DNA of 64,000 bases, taken from contig OX597816.1 in assembly GCA_951406725.2 (NCBI GenBank), forward strand, positions 2,542,001-2,606,000. The letters run 5' to 3'. A program made the position numbers and the translations under genes. The notes beneath the pieces were generated by a model. That model searched no databases and was not told the DNA's origin. It worked only from the letters and a program-made list of their open reading frames with translations. Source of the DNA: Octopus vulgaris. Lineage: Eukaryota. Positions 1 through 11,648 of this stretch are shown here, piece by piece. Position 1 is the stretch's first letter, and each line of letters starts with the position of its first letter.

Positions 1-630
1 GAAACAAGGAGAGGACAAGAAAACCATTTTCTTGTTCCTTGAAACTCCTCTAAGATATTTCATCTTCTTTGACTTACAGGTGATCTTTTATTCTCCATCT
101 ACAGACCCCCACCCACCCCACCAATCAATTTTTTACCTGAGCCATTTCTCATCAACGACATAGCAACAGAAGAATTAACAGTGCCAAGAATATTATAATT
201 TACCTGAAAATAATCTAAACTCAACACATTTTCTTTTTTTACTTTTAGTAGAAATTTCATTTACCATTATTTCATTATTATCATTATTATTATTATTATT
301 ATTAATATCGTTAGTGCTGTTGTTATCAATTGCATCCCTTCATGCCAGTAATTACACTCTTCATCAATGGATGAGGCAAAAGATCGCCAATGTTTAACAG
401 CATTTCTCCAGTGTCTTTGCATTCTGAGTTCAAATTCTACCCAGACCAATTTTGCCTTTCATTTTTCTAGGGGTCGATAAAAATAAGTACCAGTTGTGTA
501 CTGGGGTTGATTTTATCAACTTAGCCCTTCCCCCAAAATTACTAGCCTTGGGCCAAAATTTGAAACCATTACTATTATTATTATTATTTCTAGAAACCTA
601 TTTCCCTTTCGTTTATTGATTCCAACTTAC

Positions 631-700
631 CTTAGTTTGGATTTCTTTCCAAATTTCAAATCCCGCTTTTTAATGTCACCCATCAAGGCAAGAGTTTTTT
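631..700 (-). CDS. HPS3: HPS3 exon 12 (EKTLALMGDIKKRDLKFGKKSKL); gene continues beyond the window start
   Basis: TTTCAG acceptor and AG|GTAAGT donor, phase-compatible (1-2). The minus strand at positions 25->1 ends in a polypyrimidine tract, suggesting the next acceptor lies just outside the window. Confidence 0.7.
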
Positions 701-829
701 CTGAAATAAAAGTCAGTGAAATCAGAACGGAATGTAAGCAGAAGGGTGTTGGACGGAGGGTGGGGGGGGGAGAGTTTCAAACAACAAAAAAGATACATTA
801 CACTGTATGGATGGTGGGAATGCTCAGCC

Positions 830-1510
830 CCTAAAGAGAGGGATTGCTCAGTGCCTAAAACATTGAGCAATGAATATAAAGTAGCAATTGCGATACCCAC
901 CACGAAGAAATGATCAAGCTCAGTAACAATCTATTAAGCAACAAGTACCCCAAAAACATACTCTCCACTCCAATTATGAAATAAAGAGAGGATGAAACCA
1001 ATAAACTGTCAACAGTCCATCTACCCTATGTGAAAGGCCTCTCCGAAAAGATACAAAAGATATGCGGCCCATATGACATCAGGACAGTATTCAAGAGCAG
1101 TACAATGCTTGGTAAATATCTCCTTCGAGTAAAACTACCAATCGAAGAGAATATGACCAAAGACTGACCAAAGATTGCGTGTACTCCATCCCATGCAGCT
1201 GTGGTAGGATATACAAAAGCGAAACATGCTTCCCCCTCAAAATAAGGGTAGACGAACATCGCAAAGCTGTGACATGAGGAGATATTGATAAATCGGGTAT
1301 AGCTGATCATGTATGGGAAAATGGAGACCACCTCACCCCTGTGGGGTGAAGTTAAAATAATAGACAGAGAACACCACTGGAAAATACGAAAACTAAAAGA
1401 AGCAGGACATTTGTTAGGACACAACAACCTCCTAAGCAAACCCAGTGCAGATATGAGTAGCATATGGGAACCGGTATTAAGGAAGGATAGGAAAATATTA
1501 GATTTATAAG
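830..1510 (+). mobile_element. Penelope-like element (Penelope/Poseidon type) GIY-YIG endonuclease relic
   Basis: Translates across frameshifts as LPYVKGLSEKIQKIC..IRTVFK...CVYSIPCSCGRIY...RVDEHRK...SGIADHVWENGDH...KIRKLKEA; contains stops. Confidence 0.85.
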
Positions 1511-2051
1511 CTCTAAAATTCACTCCATATTTCATCTTCAGTAATTTCTAAGAAAGCCAGAATCCTGAGGAGATCAGTAAAGCAAACAAACTAGTTAAAA
1601 CGCAGGCACCTAATTTTTTAATACTGAGGGGGGGCATGCATAAAAGATGAACCCCAACAACATCTATTAACACTTTTGTAATCATATTTCTGTTTTAATC
1701 TGCTGCTTTTTTTTTTTTAATTTTGAAAATAATGACAACATTAATTAATTTAAAATTTTGATGGAAGTTCTAATTTAAATCACTTTAAAATGGGAAATTT
1801 GTATCATGGGACCAGGGGCAGTGGTGGTGTGAGGGTGGTGGGGTGCTATCAAAAGGGTTAAATTATTTAAATAAACATAACAATAATATATCTAACCTTC
1901 AGTTTCTCTTTTAAGTTTCAAATTTGTTCATAGTTTGAGAAGATGTGTTGCCCTTTTGTGCACTTTTTAAGACAAAGGGATTGTTTATGCAAAGTAAGAA
2001 CAAAATGAATGACAACAGGGGGCAGGATGTGTGGGGGGAGTGTTTACATAC

Positions 2052-2148
2052 CAGGAGAGTAATTTTTCAATCTGGATAATAAGATGATACTGGAAACATC
2101 CTGAGCTGAACATTTGTAGAACACGGACAATATCAGATTGCTTTCGTC
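2052..2148 (-). CDS. HPS3: HPS3 exon 11 (DESNLILSVFYKCSAQDVSSIILLSRLKNYSP)
   Basis: Matches [32 protein letters not shown]; CAG acceptor and GTATGT donor; 97 bp, phase 0-1. Confidence 0.82.
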
Positions 2149-2189
2149 CTGGAAAATATAAAATATATATCATCATCATTATTATTATT

Positions 2190-2575
2190 GAGTGAGAGAG
2201 CAGTTCATGCCATCAAAGTGACACTGGGGTAAAATATACGAAGCCCAGTATACCCATCATGACTACCCGTCTGATAAGGGTACACCAGGCACATGCATCA
2301 CAACCATATGTGCACGACATGGTGATCTCATAATAAGATAAACAGCACATGACCTTGCAGGTGGGGCTCAGTTAGAATTTTCTTCAGGTTGAGTAGCCCA
2401 TCCCACACAAAAGGTCCCTGAATAAGGGTTGTTTAAGGATATTGAAAGAACCACCCATGTTTCCAGAGGTGAATTATCCAAAGCCCAAAGAATCCCTCTC
2501 ATCACACGGCTATGATGCTCCCCCACTACTTCTGCTCGTGATCAGAGATGCACATATCGTCAGCCACTAAGGGAC
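2190..2575. repeat. Unclassified interspersed repeat embedded in (TAA)n
   Basis: GC-richer ~385 bp block flanked by ATT repeats and followed directly by a SINE; no recognisable ORF. Confidence 0.45.
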
Positions 2576-3227
2576 ATTATTATTAAGGGGACAAGCTGAC
2601 AGAATTGTTAGCCTGCTGGACAGAATGAAGCATTTTGCTCATCTTTATGTTCTGAATTCAAATCCTGCTTCCACAGTCATCTTTGCCTTTCATCCTTTCA
2701 CGGCTAAATAGAATAAGAACCATTTGAGTAGCCCCTCCCCTCAAACTTTCAGGCCTATAGTAGAAAGGAATTTTGTTGTTGAGGCAGAGTCGGTAGCATG
2801 GCATGGATTAGTCTCATCCTTCCCAGAAACCAATTCCTTTATACGGCCTTGTTGAGATCTAAATATATTCTATGGCAAGAAGATCAAAATGATAATTCTT
2901 TCTAAGTTTTGGCACAAGGCCAGTAATTCTGAGGAGGAGGAAGAGGACGGGGAAGTCGGTTACATCGAACCTGGTACTTGAGTGGCAATGATTTTCATTG
3001 ACCTCAGAAGGATGAAAAGCAGAGTGGAACTTGGTGGAGTTTGAACTCAGAACATGAAGCTGGAAGAAGTGCCACAAAGCATTTTGTCCAGAGCAGTGAC
3101 CATTCTGCCAGCTCACTGCCCTGACAATAATAATAATAATAATAATAATAATAGTAATGAGTTCAAACTTTTATTGAACATATTACAACAAAATAATGAA
3201 TCTTCATGCACAATTCATGTAATAATG

Positions 3228-3467
3228 AGACAAAGAGAGAGCGAGAGAGACAGACAGACAGACAGAGATGAGAGAGAGAGACAGACAGAGATGAGAGAGA
3301 GACAGACAGACAGACAGACAGAGATGAGATAGACAGACAGAGATGAGAGACAGACAGACAGACAGACAGAGATGAGAGAGACAGACAGACAGACAGACAG
3401 AGATGAGAGAGACAGACAGACAGAGATGAGACAGACAGACAGACAGACAGACAGAGATGAGAGAGAT

Positions 3468-3509
<42 letters not shown>

Positions 3510-3670
3510 GATGAGAGAGAGAGAGACAGACAGACAGAGATGAGAGAGAGAGATGAGAGTGAGAGACAGACAGACAGAGATGAGAGAGAGAGAGAGAAAC
3601 GAGAGAGATGAGACGGAGAGGGGGAGAGATGAGAGAGAGGGGGAGAGAGAGAGGGGAGAGAGAGAGAGAC
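3228..3670. repeat. Compound (AG/AGAC/AGAT)n microsatellite
   Basis: Directly visible; the source of spurious R/E/D/Q/T and S/L/C/V ORFs. Confidence 0.97.
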
Positions 3671-3796
3671 CTATTTCATCTTGCAAACCTATGAACCTCA
3701 ACGGTTTGCTTATTTCAAGTAACTAAGAACCTGATTTATTTATAACATTCAACCCAAAGAAGAGATGTCAGCTGGTTAAGTTACAATACTGTTCAT

Positions 3797-3831
<35 letters not shown>

Positions 3832-5574
3832 TGGCATTTGTGGAAGTGGGTGAGCAAGGAAGACACGGGATGGCATGGGATGATGTAGTGAAGCCCAATC
3901 TGAAGATGCTGGGCCTCACCGAGGAGATGAGAATGGACTAAGATGCCTGGTGCTAAAAAGACCCACCCACCTCAGCAAAACTAAGTTCTGGAAGCACTGT
4001 GTATTCCACCCACATTAATTCACACACCCCACACCCCACACCCCAATGAACCAAACTCCATCTTTCCTTCGTACCTCCTCCTCCTCCTCACTCCAGCAGC
4101 TCAACACTTTTGTCATCTCTCCCTCTTGTCCTCCTCCTCCTGTTAACTCTATCATTGCTATTCCGTTGCTGTCCCCACCCTGACCAAATTCACCCCTTCC
4201 CTCCCTTCTTCCCGTTGAACTTTTGCAAACTCCCTACTTTCACACTCCCCTCCCCCACTGACTCTTGAGAGTATCCCCCCACCCCCGACACATCAACATC
4301 TTTATCGCTCTGTCTCTCTCTCTCCCCCCTCCTCTTCTGACAGGGGTCACCATGTATTTCCTCCACTGCAAGACACCTGTTCCTCTAACTTCTCCTTACC
4401 TGGCACAAAGCCACCTCCCTCAATATTATTCCCCTCTCAGTTGAAGGATCCTTGTCTTGCAAGCTGCTTGGTGACCTCACCATTGTTGGTGCCACATAAA
4501 AGGCACCCAGTCCACTCTGTAAAGTGGTTGGTGTTAGGAAGGGTGGCACCCAGCCATAGAAACCATGCCTAGGCAGACATTGGAGCTTGGGACACTTCTC
4601 AACTTTACCAGTTCCTGTCAAAGTGTCCAACCCATGCTAGCATGGATGATGGATGTTAAATGATGATGATGATGATGATGATGGTGGATTCAAACAAGGA
4701 GTTACTTGAGACAAATTCTTATGACCCGATACTCTTCCTGTTACCAGCCTCACTTGGTTTCAACTGAGTTATATTTTTACTCCACAGTTCTTAGAAAGAG
4801 CAAAGTAACCAGACGTAATGTCGATGGGGAACGTCAGCATCATCACCACTTTACTCAACTGGCAACAAATCTGGAATAACAACATTCACAGACATTTGTG
4901 CACAACCGATTGGATTTTGTAGACTTGGAAGCTATGAGGTGAGAGCATTGGTGCTGCTGGCACAAAAAATGCAAGCTGTACACATGTTGAGTGGTTGGCA
5001 TGAGGAAAGGCATCCAGCTGCAGAAACCATGCAAAAACAGGCATCGGAGTGCTCTGCAACCCTTGGGCACACTGGATCCTGTCAAACCATCCGGCATATG
5101 CTGGCATGGAACATGGGCATTAAATGATGATGATAAACATCATTGTTTTCCATGCTGGAATTGGGTTGGACAGTTTGACAGGATCTAGCAAACTTCAGGG
5201 GTATCCTTTCCTCTATTCACCATCAATTATAGGGGCCTCCCTTTAGGCTGTTATTCTCACAAGGTTCAAGAAGACATCACTAGTGCTGATGCCACTTGAA
5301 AAATAAAAAAAAAGCTACCCATTACATTCTGTAAAGTGGTTGGCATCAGGAACAACATCCAGGTCAAAGCAGGCATTAGAAGACAATACAATTCTGCGAT
5401 TCTTCATATCATGTTGAACCCTCCAACCCATGCCAGCATAGAAACCAGACATCAAATGACAATGATGATATATTTTGTACTATTAGGATAACTATTACAC
5501 TCAGTTGAAATGCACAAAAAATAAGTTTTTCATATTATGTATGAGTGCATCTTATATGCATATATGTAGATGTA

Positions 5575-5808
5575 AAAAGATTCGAGAGAGGTCGTTGCCA
5601 GTATCGCCTGACTGGCCCCGTGCCGGTGGCACGTTAAAAGCACCCGCTACATTCTCGGAGTGGTTGGCACTAGGTAGGGCATCCAGCTGTAGAAACTCTG
5701 CCAGATCAAGATTGGGGCCTGGTGCAGCCATCTGGTTCACCAGTCCTCAGTCAAAATCGTCCAACCCATGCTAGCATGGAAAGCGGACGTTAAACGATGA
5801 TGATGATG
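5575..5808 (+). mobile_element. RTE 3'-UTR/tail fragment (SINE-like), representative + strand copy
   Basis: Ends in aacccatgctagcatggaaagcggacgttaaacgatgatg. Similar + copies at ~4480-4683, 32140-32298, 48098-48310, 49110-49490, 55340-55708, 58470-58725, 59130-59340 and 62950-63107. Confidence 0.85.
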
Positions 5809-5827
5809 TACATGTGCATGCATGAAT

Positions 5828-5862
<35 letters not shown>

Positions 5863-6950
5863 CAGAAGTATGGCTGAAGGTCAACAACATCAATATATTG
5901 TCATGTGAATAGAAAAAAATGCTGAAAATTTAATATGTTAATTCCTCTGACTAATTGAAACTCATTCATTATATTTATGCCTCCTTCTCGTGGTGTAATT
6001 AACTGAGACACTAATTAACATGTCACATGATAACAAATAAACATTGCAACCAAATATAGACTAAGCAAGTCAAGTTGACATCTCCGTCGTAAATGGAAGG
6101 TCAATAATTTATTTATGACGGAATAAACACTGCGTTTGTGTTGCAAACAGAGCTGTAGTTTATTTCTTTAGAATTTGCTGACTTGTGGAAGGATATTTGG
6201 TAATTATGGCTTAAATTATTGATGATGGAGAGGGGACGGGGTGGGACGGGTGGCTGGAAGAGTGAATAGAAAGAGAATGGAGGGAAGGAAGGAGAGGGGG
6301 GATGGATAGGGAGGTTGATACAGACAAATGCATGTATGCAAATAGCTAGGTAGAAAGATAGACAGGTAAGATGATAGCTAGGTATAATTAGACTGTCGAA
6401 ATATAAACTCATTTATTTGTTTCATAAAATTATAATTAATATATAATTGATTCCTATGAAGGTTAAATATTTCTACAATTCGGTTGGCATGACCTGAAAA
6501 TAGAAATTCATTCTCAACCGATTTTCTCAATCAGTTGAGGATGAATTTCGATTTGAATACTTTGAATTTAATGAAGTTTCAATATTTACCAATCATATTC
6601 TTTGACCTGACCCCCACCTCCACTGTAACCGATTCCAGTTTGGGGGGGGGGGGGATCCTATTGAACAGTCCATTTGATGCTTTTCCTTCCCCAGATGTTA
6701 TCGCAAAAGAAACCATAAAACCCTTCATGTAAACATGCTACGAAGAATACCAACAGACACACAGACAGACGTATTTTATCTTTTACTTGTTTCAGTCACT
6801 GGATCACTCACAAGGCTTTGGTCAGTGTGGGTTTAGAATAGAAGACACTTACCCAAGGTGCCATGCAGTGGGACTGACCCCAGAACCGTGTAGTTGGGAA
6901 GCAAACTGCTTACCACACAGCCACACCTATGTAAAAGAGATTATACTTAC

Positions 6951-7037
6951 AGTGCTTAGATTTAAAGGTTCAGAATTTCCAAATATCTTCCTTTTTAGAT
7001 AATGGAGAAACCCTTTCCCATGTTTAAAGGAGATGCC
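6951..7037 (-). CDS. HPS3: HPS3 exon 10 (GISFKHGKGFLHYLKRKIFGNSEPLNLST)
   Basis: Matches KYERGLIFYINHSLY; CAG acceptor and GTAAGT donor; 87 bp, phase 0-0. Confidence 0.85.
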
Positions 7038-8036
7038 CTGAAATATAAAATAAAAGAGATTAAACAGAGAAATAATAAACACTGCTGAAGCTTTGGATAA
7101 TCTTGTAAGGGACTTCACTCAGGATTAAAGTTTCCTTTGACAAAAATTCTTCTTATCTGACTTGTACCTTTTGAAAGGCCATGCTGTCCCCTAATTGCTA
7201 GCTATGTTGAAACCAGGCAGTTTGTAGCATATGACTGACTTTATCAAAGACATTTGATAGACATCCCACAGATCAAAGATGGTGGAACAATATCCTTCAT
7301 TGATCAGAAATATGTCACATGACATTAGGAGAGGATTTTAAACTGCAACAGAGTCTGGATTTTTTGTAGAATCTAAATCTGCTGATGTCTCTTAGAACCA
7401 AAATGATTTAAGTGGAAACTTTGTGGTTATGAACAAAGTTTTGTTCAAAGAGAAATGTTTGTTCTTGTATTTGGAAAAATATGCATATTGTGCAGCAAAG
7501 AGAACCAAATTCAAAGTGTTTGCAGGAAAGTGTGGAATGTGTGAACCAAATTGAGTTCTGTCTGTGAAATGTCTGTGATTTACACAAGACAAGGACACTC
7601 TTCCTTCAATTTAAAATGTATAACATCAATTCAAATATACTTAAGTGTTTCTGAATTTTATCATTCAAATATTAAGAGGAAAGTTTGATATCTCAATAAA
7701 ATCAATCTCTTGTATTGAGTCATCAATTAGGTATCATTGATTCTTTATTCTATAAAAGACATAATGCAACATCATCATGTAATATAACCATTTATGTGAA
7801 TTCTTTACTTCATACTGTAATTATTTACATATACCTGGTGATATTTATATTCCCATCTAACAATTTGAAACAAGGAGAAATTAAAGAATGACTTTTGAAG
7901 AAGTTCCCTTACACACTTCACAGTTACTAAAGAATGAAAACAAAGCCTTAATTCTATTGTCTTAAACTTAGGAAGCTAAAGTTCCCCACCCAGTCAACTT
8001 ATTTATGAAAACCTCTGCAACCCGTTGCATACAGAC

Positions 8037-8142
8037 CTGATCCTTTTCATTAATGTTCGAGGCTTTCTGCAAAGCATCTTTTAGAGTGATCCCAGCCATG
8101 TTGTAATATGGTAGACAAAGTTTCCAGTCTGAACAAGGGTGC
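8037..8142 (-). CDS. HPS3: HPS3 exon 9 (HPCSDWKLCLPYYNMAGITLKDALQKASNINEKDQ)
   Basis: LPYYNMAG matches LPYYKMSG; CAG acceptor and GTCTGT donor; 106 bp, phase 2-0. Confidence 0.9.
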
Positions 8143-8265
8143 CTGGTAAAATCAAAAGAGAACATTTCAATTTTGCTGCACAGAGAATAATTACATCTTT
8201 TATGTTAAGGCATCATTTAATCTCACATGAAATGAATAATTTAAATAGAAATATAATTAAACTAC

Positions 8266-8438
8266 CAGGCATAGAAATCTCCGAGTTTCTGGCAGGATTC
8301 GGCAAATAAATTTTGATATTCTTCTAAATATTCGATCTCAGAGTCTACGACTGGACCCCTCAGAATCAGGTTGGCTTCTTGGAGCACATGTAGGTATGCT
8401 TCTTGAACGCTGTCTTGATATTTCGTAGAGAATACAAT
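8266..8438 (-). CDS. HPS3: HPS3 exon 8 (IVFSTKYQDSVQEAYLHVLQEANLILR...ESCQKLGDFYA)
   Basis: Matches HLLSEAHLLVR...ESCGHLGDCY; TAG acceptor and GTAGTT donor; 173 bp, phase 0-2. Confidence 0.92.
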
Positions 8439-8689
8439 CTAAAAGAAATTTCAAAGAAAAAAGTCATTGGAACTTTCCTCAACAAAAAGAGAAGAGAAAG
8501 AATCTCCAAGAGGATTGCAGATCTTGTTTGGGATTAAATATCACAACTGTTAAAGGGAGTAAAAGAGAAATAAAATTTAAACCAGGTTTAATGAGGGATT
8601 GTTGTCCCCAGTTTTTACCTGGATAAATTTTACTTCAGTGGAATTGAAAAAATAAATTAATTAAGGGAGATGATGCTCTGATGAAAAAC

Positions 8690-9012
8690 AACAATCAGAT
8701 CTTCATGTTTGAATTTGCCTGGATGTATTAAGAATGAACAGATATGTTATTGTTTGAACTCTCCCTGTTCTGTGTGCACCCCATCAATTATAATCTGTTG
8801 GCAGGCATCAGCAGATAATTTGGCTGCTGATTTCTATAAACAAGAGGTCGGTAGATTCATTGGTCTGGAGGTATAGTTTAGACTGAGGAGACACACAAGA
8901 AGGTTGAAACAGAACAGTGTCTGAAAGTCCCCTGACATCGATGAATCACATGTGTTATCAATGCACATCATCTAAAGAGAAGAGACATTCTCTGACAACA
9001 AATCAGCATATT
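8690..9012 (+). repeat. Dispersed inverted copy of the hammerhead-containing ~330 bp unit
   Basis: ccctgttctgtgtgcaccccat...ggcaggcatcagca is the reverse complement of ~40015-40075. CTGAGGA..AAGGTTGAAAC..GTGTC at 8883-8921. Confidence 0.65.
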
Positions 9013-9688
9013 CCCACTTGAGTTTACCAGAATATTATGAGAATAAATAGGTGTTATTATGAAAAATTATACAATTTCAGTTTATATTATTATTGCCAAA
9101 ATTAAAGATAAAAATACATTGTCTATAAAAAAGGGAAATGATAATACTAATACTAAGGCAATTCTTTTCAGGATCACTAAAATCCATTTCCATCTTCACT
9201 TGACAGCAGCCAGAGATGAAGACAATATCAAACTATCGACATTGTAGAGAATATGTCAAGTGTTGATATTGATGAGTTAATAACAAAACAATCACAGAAT
9301 ATAACTGATACATAAATCTCTCTGCATAATTTCTACATTAATCTATTTATTAAAAACCGTTTGGCTATTCTATAATTCTAAATAGTTCAACTGTTATCGT
9401 TAATCCATCATATTTTCGATAGCTTCCGTCACAAATCACATTGCGGATATTGAAGATTAGTAATAAAAAGTAATTAATTGTCAGAGTCACTGGATGCATT
9501 GCTTCGCAGTATTTGTTCTGAGTTTCCGGGATTTGAGTTCAAATTCTGCCAAGGTTCATTTTGCCTTCCAGCCTCTCTAGACCAAAAAAGAAAGAAAAAA
9601 AAAAACTACCGATCTTGGATGATTGATTGGTGACACCATTTAAGGATCAGATGTTTTCTATAATGGCTATGATGAACAGGTGCCTGGT

Positions 9689-9723
<35 letters not shown>

Positions 9724-11231
9724 CTATCATGTATGGGCATCTGCTAGTCTTCTACAAACAACTATGTTCAGGTGTGCACCTTGTTGGAAGGGGCAACATA
9801 AACCAATAGACCTCTTTGACTAAAGTAGGACCCAGATAGTTCAGGATCGGTAGATATTGATGGGGACAATGACAAATTAAAACTAGAGATTTATCCTGAC
9901 TTCTTGGTTAATTTTTCGCTGCAAATCTGATGCCATTTTGTGACCAATCGTGAAATTGCATTGGAAAGAGATTTAAGATCAAGAATTCTTTCAACCATTT
10001 CTATATCTATCTCTAATACCCTGACTAACCAAGGTTAGTCAGGGTATTTTGTACTTGGAGAATTTGCTTAATAAGGTGTGCTATATAATTAGGTTCACAA
10101 ATGGTGGTAGCTAGTGTGGTACCCATTTACAGCCAAACAGATTGGACCATTGAAAGAAGATGCTAAGAAAAACTGTCTTTCTTTATATTCAAAATACAAA
10201 CCTTCAACTTTGAGTTGATTCTGCTGTGACTCAGTTCTCCTGTAATAATTATTTTAGAGGAATAAAACGATGCACTCACGCTCTCGTGAAGAGAGAGAGA
10301 GAGAGACTGAGAGGATTGTGAAAGAGGAAGGGAGAAAAAAAGTAAAATATTTGCCAAGAACTGGTCGAGTGTGAAGGCAATGAGAATGAGTTGATTGGAG
10401 AGAGAGAGAGGGTGATGATGAGGTGCAGGATGGAAAGCAACAGCAGCAGCGAGAGAGAGAGTGGAGAGGATGGAGGGGAATGAAGCTGACCAGGGGCCAA
10501 CTGTTTGATACGAATGGGGACAAGCTGAGGAAGCAGGTGGACGGATGAAGTTCTCATTGGTTTTGTATGGAAGCTCAGTTGTATGCAAATGTATGGGTCT
10601 GTATGAAACACCATACATGAATGCCTGATAATAGCTGGGGCGGGGGAGGATAAAACATCGAAATGAAGTCATTGAGGGGGAAAACAAAAAGGCAACACAA
10701 CAAACCAAATAAAACTGATTTCACAAAGGAAAAAGCAAAGCTGAAGCCACTAAAATATGATCGTTTCATCACATTTATTAAGAAACATTAAAAGTGAATT
10801 TAAAAATGGAATGTGATATTGTAAAGATGCCGAGTATGGAAGGCAGCAGCAGCCCCTGAACAGGATGCCACTACACTGTTGCAAAGGTCCCACCCATTCC
10901 ATCTAAATAAGGACCAGATACGGCAAATCAAAGGTCTACAGCTATGTAATGTCTGGCCAAAAACACCTGGAAAATCTCCATAAGGTGGGGAGAGATGATT
11001 CCAAGAAGCACCGTGACCTCCTGCACTCCAAGATCCCAGATGGACGTACATGGCAACAAGAAACTCAAACAAGAGCAAATAATATGAAACCCCTTCCTCC
11101 ACCAGAAGCTGCCAACCACAAGAGAAAGGCCATTGTAAAAATGATGGTAATGGCAGTGCTCCCCCTACACACACACACATGCAGTGATGAGATGAACCCA
11201 TCTACTCCAGTTAACACAAACTGTTTCTTTT

Positions 11232-11648
11232 CTCTTTTACTCTTTTACTTGTTTCAGTCATTTTGACTGCAGCCATGCTGGAGCACTGCCTTTAGTCGAG
11301 CAACTTGACCCCGGGACTTATTCTTTGTAAGCCCAGTACTTATTCTATCGGTCTCTTTTGCCGAACTGCTAAGTGACGGGGACGTAAACACACCAGCATC
11401 GGTTGTCAAGCAATGCTAGGGGGACAAACACACACACACAAACACACATACACATACATATATATATATATATACATACATATATACGACAGGCTTCTTT
11501 CAGTTTCCGTCTACCAAATCCACTCACAAGGCATTGGTCGGCCCGGGGCTATAGCAGAAGACACTTGCCCAAGATGCCACGCAGTGGGACTGAACCCGCA
11601 ACCATGTGGTTGGTTAGCAAGCTACTTACCACACAGCCACTCCTGCAC
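11232..11648 (-). mobile_element. tRNA-derived SINE with internal (CA/TA)n
   Basis: Head GGAGTGGCTGTGTGGTAAGTAGCTTGCT..GGTTCAGTCCC. Copies at ~6780-6930, 19990-20175, 24905-25185, 36960-37120, 37845-38225, 52145-52765 and 57000-57150. Confidence 0.85.

Noticed and set aside
137-203. AG...GT-bounded open segment (VNYNILGTVNSSVAMSLMRNGS) as a further HPS3 exon
   Set aside because: Open only in phase 0. The preceding exon ends in phase 2, which would give an immediate TAA.
3054-3701. Long ORFs rich in R/E/D/Q/T or S/L/C/V
   Set aside because: Translations of the AG/AGAC microsatellite.
10163-11266. Cluster of 90-180 aa ORFs suggesting a nested gene
   Set aside because: Purine-rich low-complexity sequence and a probable very old RTE-like 3' end (KNTWK motif); no coherent exon structure.
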